This document shows, in pieces, positions 16,246-29,409 of a DNA stretch of 64,000 nucleotides. Source of the stretch: the human T2T-CHM13v2.0 reference genome, Homo sapiens; NCBI RefSeq assembly GCF_009914755.1, contig NC_060947.1; one strand, given 5' to 3'. Position 1 is the first letter of the stretch, and each line of letters starts with the position of its first letter. Below the pieces are notes generated by a model. It was not told where the DNA came from, ran no database searches, and saw nothing but the letters and a program-made list of their open reading frames with translations. Made by a program: the position numbers and the translations under genes.

Positions 16246-16639
16246 TTCTATTCAATAAATAATTCCTGGATTGGAATAGAATTCATTTTAACAAAATGGA
16301 AAATTGTTTACTACAAATAGTATAGTTAAATGGAATGAAATTTGTTTAATAGTAAGATTCCACATTAATGAGTTGTCACCCTACAGGGAAGATCCTAGAT
16401 CTGGACCACATTACTCTCTACTTAGTCTCATTATATTTAATTCTCACCAGTACCTAGTATAAAGATAAGGAAAACATGATTAAGATTACATAGAGCTGAG
16501 AGGGAAAACATTCTTTGACAAAAAAATCGAAAGATGTCAATTTAAGCAGGCTACTGATTTTGTCGAAGAAAATTTACAGTAAAACATAAATTATACAATT
16601 TCAGTAGACCTAACATAGAAATCCATATACAAAATACCC

Positions 16640-17140
16640 AAAGGTCTCAGTTGACTGTAATTTAAACTCCATATTACTCAAGAGCAACTTAATTTCCAAA
16701 AGAGTTAACACTCAAAATTAACCTACACTGATAACTATCTAGCATCCAGAATAAAGGAGAGACTCATCCCAATGTGAAGATACATACCCTATTTCAGGCA
16801 CTACATTTTAAGGAGAGTTTCTGATCAGTTAAAGCCCATTCAAGGGTGCGTGAACTAGGATGTTGAGAGGTCAGAAAACCATTTTACATAAAAAAACAGT
16901 TGAAGCATCCAAGGACATTTAATACGGAAAAGAGAATATTTAATATAGGCATGAGGGAAGTCTTCAAATACTTGAAGGACTAGCACATGAAAGGGAAAAT
17001 AGGCAGCCATTGGTTATAGGATAGCAATTTCTAAACAATGGAAAGAAGACTTTAATGGTTAATGAGAGCTGTTTATAAATGCTTCCAAGTGAGCTGGAGA
17101 GCTCCCTAAAAGTAATCAAGCAGAGGCTAGGTGTTAAAAA
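16640..17140 (+). mobile_element. L3/CR1 LINE 3' fragment
   Basis: cactacattttaagga...gtcttcaaatacttgaagg resembles the L3 RT end. Confidence 0.6.
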
Positions 17141-17247
17141 GGAGATGGCTTTGCTCTTAATAATTATGCCTTTTCTTTTTTATGAATAAACATGAATATT
17201 ACGTAGAATAGACCAAGTGCACATACATGGAAATTATTTCAAAAGGT

Positions 17248-17715
17248 TTTTTTAACTGTTAAGCTCAGGGGTACATGTGCAGATTTGTTATGTTGGTAAA
17301 CTTGTGTCATAGGGGTTTGTTGTACAGATTATTTTTATCACCCAAGTATTAAGCCTAGTACCCATTAGTTGTTTTTCCTGATCCTCTTTCTCCTCCCATC
17401 CTAGACCCTCTGGTAGGCCTGAGCGTCGGTTGTTCTCCTCTATGTGTTCGTGTGTTCTCATAATTTAGCTCCTACTTCTTAGTGAGAACATGTGGTATTT
17501 GGTTTTCTATTCCTGACGTTAGTTTGCTAAGGATAATGGCCTCCAGCTCCATCCATGTTCCTGCAAAGTACATGCCCTCATTCTTTTTCATGGCTGCATA
17601 GTATTCCATGGTGTATAGGTACCACGTTTTCTTTATCCAGTCTACTACTGATGGGCATTTAGGTTGATTCTATGTCTTTGCTATTGTGAATACTGCTACA
17701 ACAAATATATGTGCT
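17248..17715 (-). mobile_element. Old L1PA (L1PA13-16-like) 3' end
   Basis: Antisense L1P 3' UTR (ggggtttgttgtacagattat...agtgagaacatgtggtatttgg). Confidence 0.85.
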
Positions 17716-18947
17716 CCTTGATTTTCTTATCAGTAAAATAGGAGCAACATTTATGGTCTACCTCTTGGAGAATGTGCTAATAAATTAACAGCGGCTCCTT
17801 CTGGTTTTTTAAGGGACTCCTGAAAGGTTAAGATAGATTTGGTCTGCAGCTGGAAAGTAACTGAACCATGGAAAATAGAACATCACTCAATACTTTTTGT
17901 CATTAAAGAAGCTCTTCCATCATGACACTTTTTTGCTCATTTTATATATTTTCCCGCAACAGTCCACAGGCTCTGCCTGGCCTGTCAGCCACAGGGTTCA
18001 GCAAAGCAACTACCAAGCCATCATTTTTCCAACTCATTAGACCATATTATTAGAGCTGTTGCTACTACAGCCCTTATAACTCAAGGCATAAGTATGTCTG
18101 AGCCTACAACTTAGAGCTTATCCTTCATTTTCTTCCATTTTATTTTATTATTTTTAATTTTATTTAACAACACAAGAAGAACATTCTCTCAGGTCTTAGA
18201 TTGTATTTTGCTTTAACATGCTTTTGCTTACCAAGCTATATCTGGAAGAGGTAGAAGAAACATCTCCTTGGTGCTTCTCCATTACAGAAAAGGGCAGGTC
18301 ATACATTGCTGGTAGCCTGAGGTGGCTCTGAAATGATCTGTCAAGCACACAGAATGCCAAGCTTTGACTGTTTCAACATTACAGAAAAGCAACGCTCCAG
18401 CATGCCCTGCCTGGCATTGTCCTGTTCCGGATGTTTTTCTGACCATTTTATTTTACTGATAAATTTTACAACAAGATGCAATTGTAAGGACTGAATGTTT
18501 CTTGAGAGGCCTTTCTTAGATGTTCATTTCTCACTATTATTTGCTTTGCCCCTAGAATCACACAGGCTAAAAATCTAATTACATTTGTTGACATTCCTCT
18601 GACCACTTATTTTTCAGGTGCACAATTATAAAACTACACTGACAACACAACCATAGCTAACAATCACACAGCATTTTACCACTGATAAAGTGCTTTCATG
18701 TACATCATCTCATGGAAAATTCCCGGGTGGAAGCTTATTCAATAAACGTTTTCCAAAAAAGCATTTGTTAGAAGCCACCACAACTGAAATAGTTTAGGGT
18801 ATTTTAGGAGCAAATTAACGAGATGGGATCTGTATTGCCCATCACAATAATTCACATTAAACAATATATACAAGATAAAAGCAACTAGACAGGTTCTGAG
18901 TAAATGCAAGTTTTTATTTTATGTGTGTCAGACATAAGTCTCAGCAA

Positions 18948-19420
18948 TATTAGTTTCCTAGGGCTGCTGTAACAAAGCACGACAAATTGGGTGGCATAAA
19001 ACAGCAGAAAATTTACTCTCTTACAGTTCTGGAGGCCAGAAATCCAAAAACAAGGTGTTGTAAAGGTTGCTTCCTTCTAGAGGCTCTGAGGCAGAGTCTA
19101 TTCCATGCCTCTCTCTTAGCTTTTGGTGGTTGCTAGGAATCCTTAGCATTCCTTGGCACATAGATCAATCACTCCAGTCTCTGCCTCTATCTTTGTGTGG
19201 CATTCTCCCCTATGGCACTGTATATGCATTTCTGTTTTCTTATAAGGAAACAAGTCAGATTAGGGCTTACCCTATGAAAGTATGACCTCATTTTAATTTG
19301 ATTCAATGGACAAAGACTCTTATTTCCTAATTGTTTTATTTCCTTATTTCCTAATAAAAGCACATTCACAGGTATCGTGGTTTAGGACTTAAACATGTCT
19401 TTTGAAGGGTTACAATTCAA
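18948..19420 (-). mobile_element. MLT1B/C-like LTR
   Basis: tattagtttcctagggctgctgtaacaaag...cagttctggaggccagaa. Confidence 0.8.
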
Positions 19421-20013
19421 TATTAGCATTAATTAATATTAGTATTAATATTATAATATATTGTAATATTATATTATAATGTAATATTAGCATTAATTAC
19501 CAGCCTTATGAACCAGTGACAATAAAGTTATGTCTCTTTATATACTCTAAGTGCTATAATCCCTGCTTACCACAGAGACCTACTTCTTAATGAGTTTGCC
19601 CTACGTGTCCCAGCAATCTTTTGTAGTCTGGAAAGCAGAGTCCTCCAGAAAAAGTTCTCCCTTTACTTCCGCTCTGGCCTTCCCATTCTGTCACCATATG
19701 GCTACCCTGGGTACCAATGATCTTGATTTCTGTGAGAACAGTGGTCTGTCTCACACAGCTACATATGCTGGTGACTGCTACTAATTCCCATTCTAGCCTC
19801 AGGTTTGGGCATACCGCCGATGGGACTAGAGCTCAGATACACCCACTTGAGGCTAGGGGCTCCAACATTTCTGCCTGGCTAAATCCCTGGCCTCTTGCTG
19901 CCACTGCTACCTTTGCCTGCAGTGACAAATGAAGGAAAAGAGTTGACCGACCTGGATCTGTCTCCCTGTGTAGAAGAGAACTGGACTTACAGCACCAAAA
20001 TTATGCTGGTTAA

Positions 20014-20357
<344 letters not shown>

Positions 20358-20559
20358 TAAGCCAATTTAAGGCCTTTTCTATACCAGGGCAATAACCTAC
20401 CCCCTTTCCTGTCTTAGGACAAAACTCTTCCCAAGAAGCAAACACTATGAACATCCATTGCCCTCAGGGAAGAAGGCACCACCCCTCATTAGAACGTAAT
20501 CTTCTCCCATAGTCTCAACAATCAAAAACAAATCTGCTATTCTGTGATTCAGACTTATA

Positions 20560-21210
20560 GTTGACTATGCAATATACATTCTTCCCCCTTTCCTTAGTAG
20601 CAAAATAATTATTTTGTTGGGTGTGGCAATGGACCCAGAAATAAAATATTTGTCCAAGCTTCCATTGCACATAAAGGTGGCCAATGAGATATAGACACAG
20701 GTCTTTCAGCAAGACTTTTTGTAAGTTTCTTTACAGGAGCCTAACTCACCTCCTTTTTCTTGCCTGAAACATGGCTGGAGCTGCAGCAGCCCTCTTCCCA
20801 CCAGGACGTAACCTCAAGATTAACAGCTGCACATTAAGGATGATACAGTCACAAAACATAGACAGAACCTAAGATATTAGTTATATTGTGCAGCCACCAA
20901 AACAGCCTTGGACTTCTTTTACATTGCCCCCCTTCTTTCTCCCCGACCCCAGGGGGGACATTTTGCAATGTCTGGAGACATCTTTGATTGCCACAACTTG
21001 GGGAGAGAGAAGTTTACTGGCACCTAGTATTTAAGTGTCAAGGATGGAGCTAAACATTCTATATTGCACAGGAAAGTGTTCTACAACAAAGAATCATCCC
21101 ACCCAAAATGTCAATAATTCTGAGGTTGAGAACCGTGTGTTCAGGAATAAAAAAAAATCTCTGTGATTTCAGGCCTATGTTTTTAGCAGTCAAATGTAAT
21201 TTTTAGTACA
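20560..21210 (+). mobile_element. MLT1J-like LTR interrupted by MER20
   Basis: ggtggccaatgagatatag and ggctggagctgcagcagcc motifs. Confidence 0.6.
20925..21137. mobile_element. MER20 hAT MITE
   Basis: ggggacattttgcaatgtctggagacat...caaaatgtcaata...gaggttgagaa. Confidence 0.8.
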
Positions 21211-21742
21211 CATTAGAACAAGTCTCAAAATCAGGGTTGTTTCATCATTCTTACTGCTATGTCACGTATATAAGAACCAGAGTGAATGTTAAAATGTTTC
21301 CACTGTATGACTCAAACTTCTTTCATTTACTATTTTCACTGCCAAGAGAGATCAATACTTATGAACACTTTATGGTGCTACTGGGCAAAGCATCATTAAC
21401 GAAGGTTATTACAGCCCTGCTGTCTGAGTTGAAAGCAACAGGCTTGGTTCCTCAAAAAGTTAAACACAGAGTTACCATACAACCCAGCAATTCCACTCCA
21501 AGGTATATACACCAAAGAACTGAAAACAGGAATTCAACCGAATATTTGTACACAAATGTTCATAACAATCCTATTCACAGTAACCAAAATGTGGAAACAA
21601 CCCAAATGTCCATCAATGGATGAATGGATAAACAAAATGTTTTTTATATATATTTACATATATATATATATAAAATCACATTATATATTATAATATATAC
21701 ATATAATCGCATTTTTATGGCTGAAAAACATCCCATTGAGTG

Positions 21743-21877
21743 TGTAGAATTGGAGGAAATGAACATTCTTCCCATTATGTCCTACCATGATTCCTTAATC
21801 CATAAATAACTAAAAGAACTTAGGAGGTTTATTTATTTTCCCACTTTAGTTCAAATTAAGAGCTCTGCCAATAATCT
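21743..21877 (-). repeat. Inverted copy of 22575-22693
   Basis: Reverse complement of 22575-22693 aligns across its whole length; ORF-track peptides VELEEMNILP and VELEEVNVPP mirror this. Confidence 0.9.
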
Positions 21878-21917
21878 TGTTGTAGCCCTGCTGAATTGAA
21901 AGCAACAGGCATTGTGT

Positions 21918-21919
<2 letters not shown>

Positions 21920-21950
<31 letters not shown>
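21920..21950. repeat. (CA)n microsatellite
   Basis: Direct reading. Confidence 0.95.
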
Positions 21951-21953
<3 letters not shown>

Positions 21954-22992
21954 GAATATTCAGCCATTAAAAGGTATAAAGCAATAGGCAAATCCTGATT
22001 GTCTCTGGTTCAGAAATAGTCATTCAGGACCTACCAAATTTCATGAGGGACCAGATTATTTGCCTAGAAATTAGACTGACTGAGGGAAAATTCAGCATCT
22101 AGTGTTTCAACCTTGTACAACCAGTGCTAAACCTGCTGTCTTAGCACTAGTTTTCTGTAAGGTTTGGGAATTGGTCATCTTCAGTTCCCAAACCTTCTCA
22201 GAATAACTGCTTCTTCCCTGAAGGGCTGCTACAAAAAGGGAAAATGGTGGGGTAAAAATTTTGAGCTCAAAATATTGGTATCAGGACCTCTGCTGAAAGA
22301 CTGGTCAAGGGCTCAGAGCCAGGTTCCAGCATCTCCTTCTACAAGGTTCTTTCCAAATCTGGTGGAATAATGCTGTAACTGGATAGATATTAAAATTGCC
22401 TCAGTCTAAAATATGCTTGGCATCACTCTGGTGAAGTTCCTTCATATCATAAGAGATCTATTTAAAGGTTCTGTTGAATATATTTTAGAAATCTATGAAA
22501 AAGCTAGGTTTGCATGTCAATCTATTTGAAACTAGAATTAAATTCACTTTTCAAATAGCTTTTTTTCCCTAACTAGGTTATTAGCAGAACTCTTAATTTG
22601 AAATAAAGTGAGAAAAATAAATAAACCTAACTTATTTTAGTTATTTATAGATAAGGAATCATGGGAGGAACGTTCACTTCCTCCAATTCTACAAAAGAAA
22701 AAAATACCCTCATGTAGACCTCATAATTCAGTAATTGATTAATTTTTTTTCTCATTTTAGCATGTGAGTTCAAACAGGAACAACTTCCTGCTTGAAAAAG
22801 GTATTTCAACCCGTCTTCTGCCTCCATGCAATGACTATTTATGGCTACATTCACACTGGAGCAATTAAAAAGAGAACAATAGTCCTGCAAACTTATACAC
22901 ATACACATTTGTTTTCAAATTAGCCCATACATATCATGTAATTGACTAAGTATTGCTATTACCTGTGATTCTTAGAAAGAATTTAAGGATCC

Positions 22993-23471
<479 letters not shown>

Positions 23472-23884
23472 TGAGTTGGCAATCAGATTCTTTAAAGAAG
23501 TAATAACAAAAATATTAAAATTAAATTTAAGTTAGTTTTTAACCATCAAACCCTTTGAAAATTCCTTCTAAATAACTCATAATTACATCTTTCAGCACAC
23601 AGCAACTCACCCAGAATTATTTTGCACCCATCTTCCTGCAAGTTATGTAAAGCACGTGAACCCACATCCAAATTTTATAAATTGTAACTATAGTTATACA
23701 ATTAATTGGTCACCTTCATTTTAGAACCAAGGGTGTTTATGACTCTAGGTTGTTTAAGGGCAGAATATATGTGTTTCTTCAGTATTTAATATGTAAGATT
23801 GGTAGAGGAATAGCTGGAAGTTGATAGAGGTAGAAGTTGTGAAATCAATGAGATGCCAACAACCTGGGGAAAATGCTATAACAG

Positions 23885-24150
23885 ATTTTGCTGGTGTCCC
23901 ATCTATATCCCCCCTACCCTCATCAGTTCCTAAAAGCCAACTTCCAATTGCCAATATCTATATTTCTTTGCCGGAGGGATTTCTCTGCTCTCCAAAGCCC
24001 ACTCTTTCCATGCAGACGGCAGGTTAGAAATGTCAAGGAATTAGCTCGTCACCAGGAACAGCCCCCAATCAATGAGTGTCAGGAGTTCATATAAATACCC
24101 CTGCTCCTTGCATCTCAGAGGTATAACTTGGAGGCATGTTCTACACTGCC
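23885..24150 (+). mobile_element. LTR16-like ERVL LTR fragment
   Basis: cagcccccaatcaatgag...ggagttcatataaatacccctgctcc...gttctacact. Confidence 0.65.
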
Positions 24151-24178
24151 TTTCTCTCCTTCTCTCTCTTTCTCTCTG

Positions 24179-24189
24179 TCACACACACA

Positions 24190-24222
<33 letters not shown>
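24179..24222. repeat. (CA)n microsatellite
   Basis: Direct reading. Confidence 0.95.
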
Positions 24223-24227
<5 letters not shown>

Positions 24228-25608
24228 CATGATTGCCACAATAAAGTCCACATTTCCCAGCCTTCCTTGTAGATGAATGTGGCTATGTGATAAGTGTTCA
24301 ACAATGAAATGTGAACATAAGGGATATGTATGAATTCCTTCTCACTTGCTTCAAAGAAATCATTTGCCATTGATTTATTTTCTTTCTTCCTTCCTGCAAG
24401 CAAAAATATGGGTGTTCCAAAGATGTAGCTTCAACTATGCAGATGAGGATCATGTCTTAAAGGATGGAAGATCAATGACATAAAAGTCCCCTGAATGGCA
24501 AGGCTCAATAGGAATGAATGTCCTGACACTGTATTTTGTTCTCTTGGTTATAGACACTGTTCTTTTACTCTAATAGAGTATTCAAAGAAAAACAGAGGAA
24601 ATCATCTACACAGTAGCATGTCATGATATGACATCACTATACAGTGAATTTCTAAGCAAATTCCACATCTACACTATAATGATGCAATCAGCTCTGACAC
24701 CCAGATCTCCCACTGTTATCACATATTCGCTCTTCAGTGGCTTCTTCAATTTTATCTCCAACTCTCATAAGCTTTGACATGCTTGGGAAGCATGAAATAC
24801 TTTGTGGGAACGTTAGCCACTGAGTACATATCTCAACCTTGCTTAAAATCCCCCGAGGAGCTAAGAATTGTAATAGGACAATAAGGAAATGTACTTCAAC
24901 TTTATCAAACATTATCTCTAATGTGCTCATAATGTCAGTTCAACCAAATTAGCCACATGCTACATTGACATCATCTGAAATGATGTAATTCTCCCTGCTG
25001 AAAGCCTCCATCTGAGTGAAAGGCTATGCTCTTCAAGAGAATCAGCCAAGGAGGGAAGAGGAGAGAAATATTCATAAGCAGAATAGTTTCCTATCCTAGA
25101 GCAGATGGATTTTTGTTGCCTAAAAGAGGAGAGAAGCAAAAGGAAGGGTAAAATTTAGAACTGTTTTATTCAGGAGTAATAGCTTTAAAATTGATAAACC
25201 AGGTCACGATACCTCTTCCAACAGAACAAAATAACCAACCCAGTTGGATGAAATATAAAAACACTTTTATTGATTTTCAACTAATAAGTTGAAAGTTATT
25301 AACGTTCTTTTAAAGTAATAGTTTCTCCCAAGATTCATAAGTATCACTCTCTTTACCAAACCTGTATCTTTCTACTGTTCCCCTGCATGATTAGTTTAGG
25401 AAAATACAGAGAACATATTTGCTTACTAAAAATACCAAATACTCCAAAATTGTTGGGACACACAAACTCACTCCCAGTAACATCATGTTCTGGCCCAAGA
25501 TACTCTGAGACTCAAGTTTATATGCATTAATGGCTTCAATATGTTCCTTGTCCTGGGACTTAGTCATTCAATTATTTGAAAAGCTTTCTGTGAAACTATT
25601 TCTATGGC

Positions 25609-26110
25609 AACAGTTCTCAACCTTGGATGCGCATGAGAATCACCTGGGGAGATTTCAAAATTTCAATGTCCAGGTCATACCCTATACTAATTAAATCAAT
25701 ACTGATAGCCAGGAATTTGTATCAGTATTTGGTAGTTGGGGGGGAGGGGTGGGGGGCAGGAAGTGGGGATGTTTAATAAGTACAAACATATAGTTAGATA
25801 GAACGAATAAGTTATACTATTTGATGGCACAACAGGGTGACAACAGTCAACAACAACTTATTGTACATTTTAAAATAACTAGAGTAGTATAATTGGATTA
25901 TTTATAAAACAAAGAAAGGACAAATGCTTGGTGTGATGGATACCCCATTTACCCTGACGTGATGATTATGCATTGTATGCCTATATCAAAATATTTCATG
26001 TACCCCATAAATATATACACCTACTATGCATCCAAAAAATTAAAAATTAAAATTAAATTTTAAAATCTTCTCAGATGTTTCCAATGTGCAGCAAAGGTTG
26101 AGAACCCCTT
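25609..26110. mobile_element. MER5A-like MITE split by L1MA
   Basis: cagttctcaaccttgg...gaatcacctgggga before the L1 and ccaatgtgcagcaaaggttgagaacc after it. Confidence 0.75.
25731..26055 (+). mobile_element. L1MA2/3-like 3' end
   Basis: gatggataccccatttaccctga...catgtaccccataaatatatacacctactatg followed by an A-rich tail. Confidence 0.85.
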
Positions 26111-26311
26111 GAGTAGATCAAGCTCTACATTTAGTTAACTATATCTCCTGGGCGTCCTAACTTTTCTAAATGGGAGCTTTAGACTAGATCTTCAAGTACT
26201 AAGAACCAACTCAACAGTCAAATATTTATAAGGTTCCGACTATCCACCAGGCTCCATGTTCAGTGTTGGAAATGCAAGACTGAAAAAGACATCTTGGTAA
26301 GGTAGTAGGAG

Positions 26312-26475
26312 CAGGGCTTCTCAAGCTTTAATGTGTACATAACCCATCTGGAGATCTTGTTAAAATGTGGGTTCTGATTCAGTCGGTCTAGGGTGAGGCC
26401 TGAAACTGCATTTCTAACAAGCTTCAAGGTGAGATGCCAATGCTGCTGGTCCATGGACCCCACATTGAGTAACAT
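26312..26475. mobile_element. MER5A/B MITE
   Basis: ttctcaagctttaatgtg...ctgcatttctaacaagc...gctgctggtccatggacc. Confidence 0.8.
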
Positions 26476-27639
26476 GGAGAGTTGCAAAATGAAGTAATGT
26501 CTACTATGAAAAGTGCAGGGTGCTCTGGTATGTCTAAGAATGAACAAAGTCTACAATTCTGTAAGATGCTGGCCTCCTGCAGTTTTTAATCATCTTTATC
26601 TCTCCCTCACAGAGAGCTTTCTAATCTTTGTTAAAAAAAAAAATCTGTATCCTGTCCCAAGTCATTGTTACAGAAGGGTCTACAAATTTTATGATTTGTT
26701 CAACAGTAAGCCCACATAAAGTGCTGCAAGGACTATTTTAAAAAACAGTGTGAGAAAGTAACATTGTCAAAACCAAAATTGATGAAACTCAAAAGGGAAA
26801 GGCATGAACACAAAATCTAGAAAGAGAAAATGTGTGTCAGAGGAACACAGCATTGGAAGGCAACTAGGAGGTTACCTTTTTATTTTCTTGCCCTCTTGGT
26901 GAGTTCCTAATTCATACTTTCCCCCTTTGTCTAAGGAAACGAAAGGTCGTGTGCACTTGAAAGCAACACTTGGGGAGAAAGGTGCCTTCAAAATCCCCAA
27001 CACCTAGATTTTTGTCATAAATAACTTTAAAGTAATTCAAACTTTAAGAGTTCAAGCTATAACATTTCAATTAAAGTGAGACTTTTTAACAAAGAGCCAC
27101 CTATTTATATTGATTCTTTGACACAATTTGAAGAGAAATAAAAATGTATTGTTTCTACTTGGTAACCTTAATGGTAAAATAAAATGTACAGTAAAGTCTT
27201 TAAGTGTCTCAACAGCCCTTTGATCCCTTTAGATTCTACTGTGACCAAATATCAAAGTCACGTTTAAATTCTTCCAGGAAGAATGAAAGAGTGACATGTT
27301 GGCATGAGTAAATGATACTAGGATTCCCTGTAAATTAATTAAATGATTAATAGAATATGATCCTCAGTACCAAAAAACTTACAGACTAATGGAAGAGATG
27401 AAAGACGAGGAGTGGTAGGGGAAGAGAAAGATCCAAGAAGATGAAGGCCTCCATAGGAATGAAGAATTATTCTCATGGTGTTTGTCGTTTGGAGAGTTCT
27501 TTTGACACACATACATCTCCATGCTACAAGTTAATATTAAATTCTTCTAACTTGTTATCACTGAAAAGAGAGGTTCCTCCCTACAAGGGAGTTACTATGT
27601 AACCTGTCCTCACCATGCACTAGATTGAGTTCTAGCGTT

Positions 27640-27870
27640 ATGGGCAATATGACAGAATAGAAAGTGAATGGTCTCTGGTTCTAATTCCAGCTCTGCAACT
27701 TCTTAGATGTGTGTAGTTAAAAATCGGGCAAGTTATTTAAATTCTCATAATTATCTGAGTTTTAGTATCCTTCTCTATAAATTGGAGATAAAAATATAAA
27801 ATTGGTGGGATCGTTGTAAGAACTAACAATTCTGTATTTAAAGTGTCTGACACTTCAAAATCACTTTGCA
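27640..27870 (+). mobile_element. MIR hosting the PDCL2 retrocopy in its 3' end
   Basis: MIR core (ccagctctgc...ggcaagttatttaa...ctataaattggagataa); tail continues as ataaatggcag after 28549. Confidence 0.7.
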
Positions 27871-28535
27871 GGTGAGGGGCAGAGCAGTGCATCATGCAGG
27901 ATCCCAATGAAGATACAGAATGGAATGACATTTTAAGAGATTTCGGCATTCTTCCTCCTAAAGAAGAGTCAAAAGATGAAATTGAAGAAATGGTTTTATG
28001 TTTACAGAAAGAAGCAATGGTGAAACCATTTGAAAAGATGACTCTTGCACAGCTAAAGGAAGCTGAAGATGAATTCGATGAAGATATGCAAGCTATTGAA
28101 ACATAGAAAGAAGCGGTTACAGGAATGGAAAGCTCTTAAGAAAAAACAAAAATGTGGAGAATTAACAGAAATTTCTGGAAATCAGTAAGTGAATGAAGTC
28201 ACAAATGCAGAAAAAGACGTGTGGGTTATAATTCATCTATACAGATCAAGGGTCTCACTGTGTTTCCCAGGCTGGAATACAGTGACAATTGTATAGCTCA
28301 ATGCAGCCTTGAATGCTTGGGCTCAAGCAATGATCCTCCTGCCTCAGTCCTCCAAGTAGCTTGGACGACAGGTCTGCACCACCACATCTGGCCAGGTTTT
28401 AAAATTTTTTTGTAGAAATGGGGTATTGCTATGTCGCCCAGACCGGTCTCGAACTCCTGGCTTCAAGTGATCCTCCTGCCTCAGCCTCCCAAAGTATTGA
28501 GATTACAGGCGTGAACCACAGTGAAAAAAAAAATA
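27871..28535 (+). pseudogene. PDCL2: Processed pseudogene of phosducin-like 2 (PhLP2B): 5' UTR plus codons 1 to ~121 fused to an antisense Alu and poly(A)
   Basis: Intronless [35 protein letters not shown]...; 2-bp frameshift near 28104, then RKKRLQEWKALKKKQKCGELTEISGNQ*VNEVTNAEKDVWVIIHLYRS; A tail from 28524; TSD aaaatcactttgca (27857-27870) and ataataactttgca (28536-28549). Confidence 0.93.
28251..28523 (-). mobile_element. AluJ-like sequence carried inside the retrocopy
   Basis: ggtctcactgtgtttcccaggctgg...gattacaggcgtgaaccacagtg; lacks its own poly(T) and TSD. Confidence 0.9.
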
Positions 28536-28601
28536 ATAATAACTTTGCAATAAATGGCAGAATCAGGATTTGACAGGTTCTGTCTGTTTAACACTGCCAA
28601 G

Positions 28602-28603
<2 letters not shown>

Positions 28604-28641
<38 letters not shown>
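28604..28641. repeat. (TG)n microsatellite
   Basis: Direct reading. Confidence 0.95.
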
Positions 28642-28644
<3 letters not shown>

Positions 28645-28853
28645 GATAGAGAAAGAAACAGAGAAAGAGGTAGATTCTAAATTGTTAACCTTTGTTACAT
28701 CTGGAGAGTACAACTGGGCTTAGTGGTAGTTAGATAAGGAAGAATGTGATAAGTGAGTTTAAAAAAAAGCAAGCAAGAAATATTTCACTTATTACAATTG
28801 TATAATATTTAGATTCTTATAGCAACCGTTATCACTTTTGTAATAAAAATTGA

Positions 28854-29233
<380 letters not shown>

Positions 29234-29409
29234 CTAATAAAGGTCATAAGCTCATTAAAACCAATACTACGGTTTGTCTTTGTAATTCCCTTTGATTCAG
29301 ATGAGCTTAAGGATTTAATGGTGCTGATGACCTAAGCATTTATCTAAACATGATCTAATTCTTGGGTCTCTTTTCTCTTGCTGACATGAAATGTTTAGGG
29401 CACTAAAGC

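Larger units (their letters stand above)
21444..21985 (+). mobile_element. L1M 3' fragment carrying a complex internal insertion
   Basis: cccagcaattccactcc...cccaaatgtccatcaatggatgaatggataaacaaaatgt, resuming at gaatattcagccat after the (CA)n. Confidence 0.75.

Noticed and set aside
25736-25770. G-quadruplex-like G tracts (also about 33884-33900)
   Set aside because: Standard G-rich tract of L1 3' UTRs, explained by the repeat.
27894-28106. 70-aa ORF as a functional PDCL2/PDCL3 gene
   Set aside because: Intronless, frameshifted to a stop at 28104-28106, with a further in-frame TAA, poly(A) and TSD: a processed pseudogene. Translation cannot be excluded but nothing supports it.
28251-28523. 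Independent Alu insertion into the pseudogene
   Set aside because: No poly(T) or own TSD, and the PDCL2 sequence does not resume after it.
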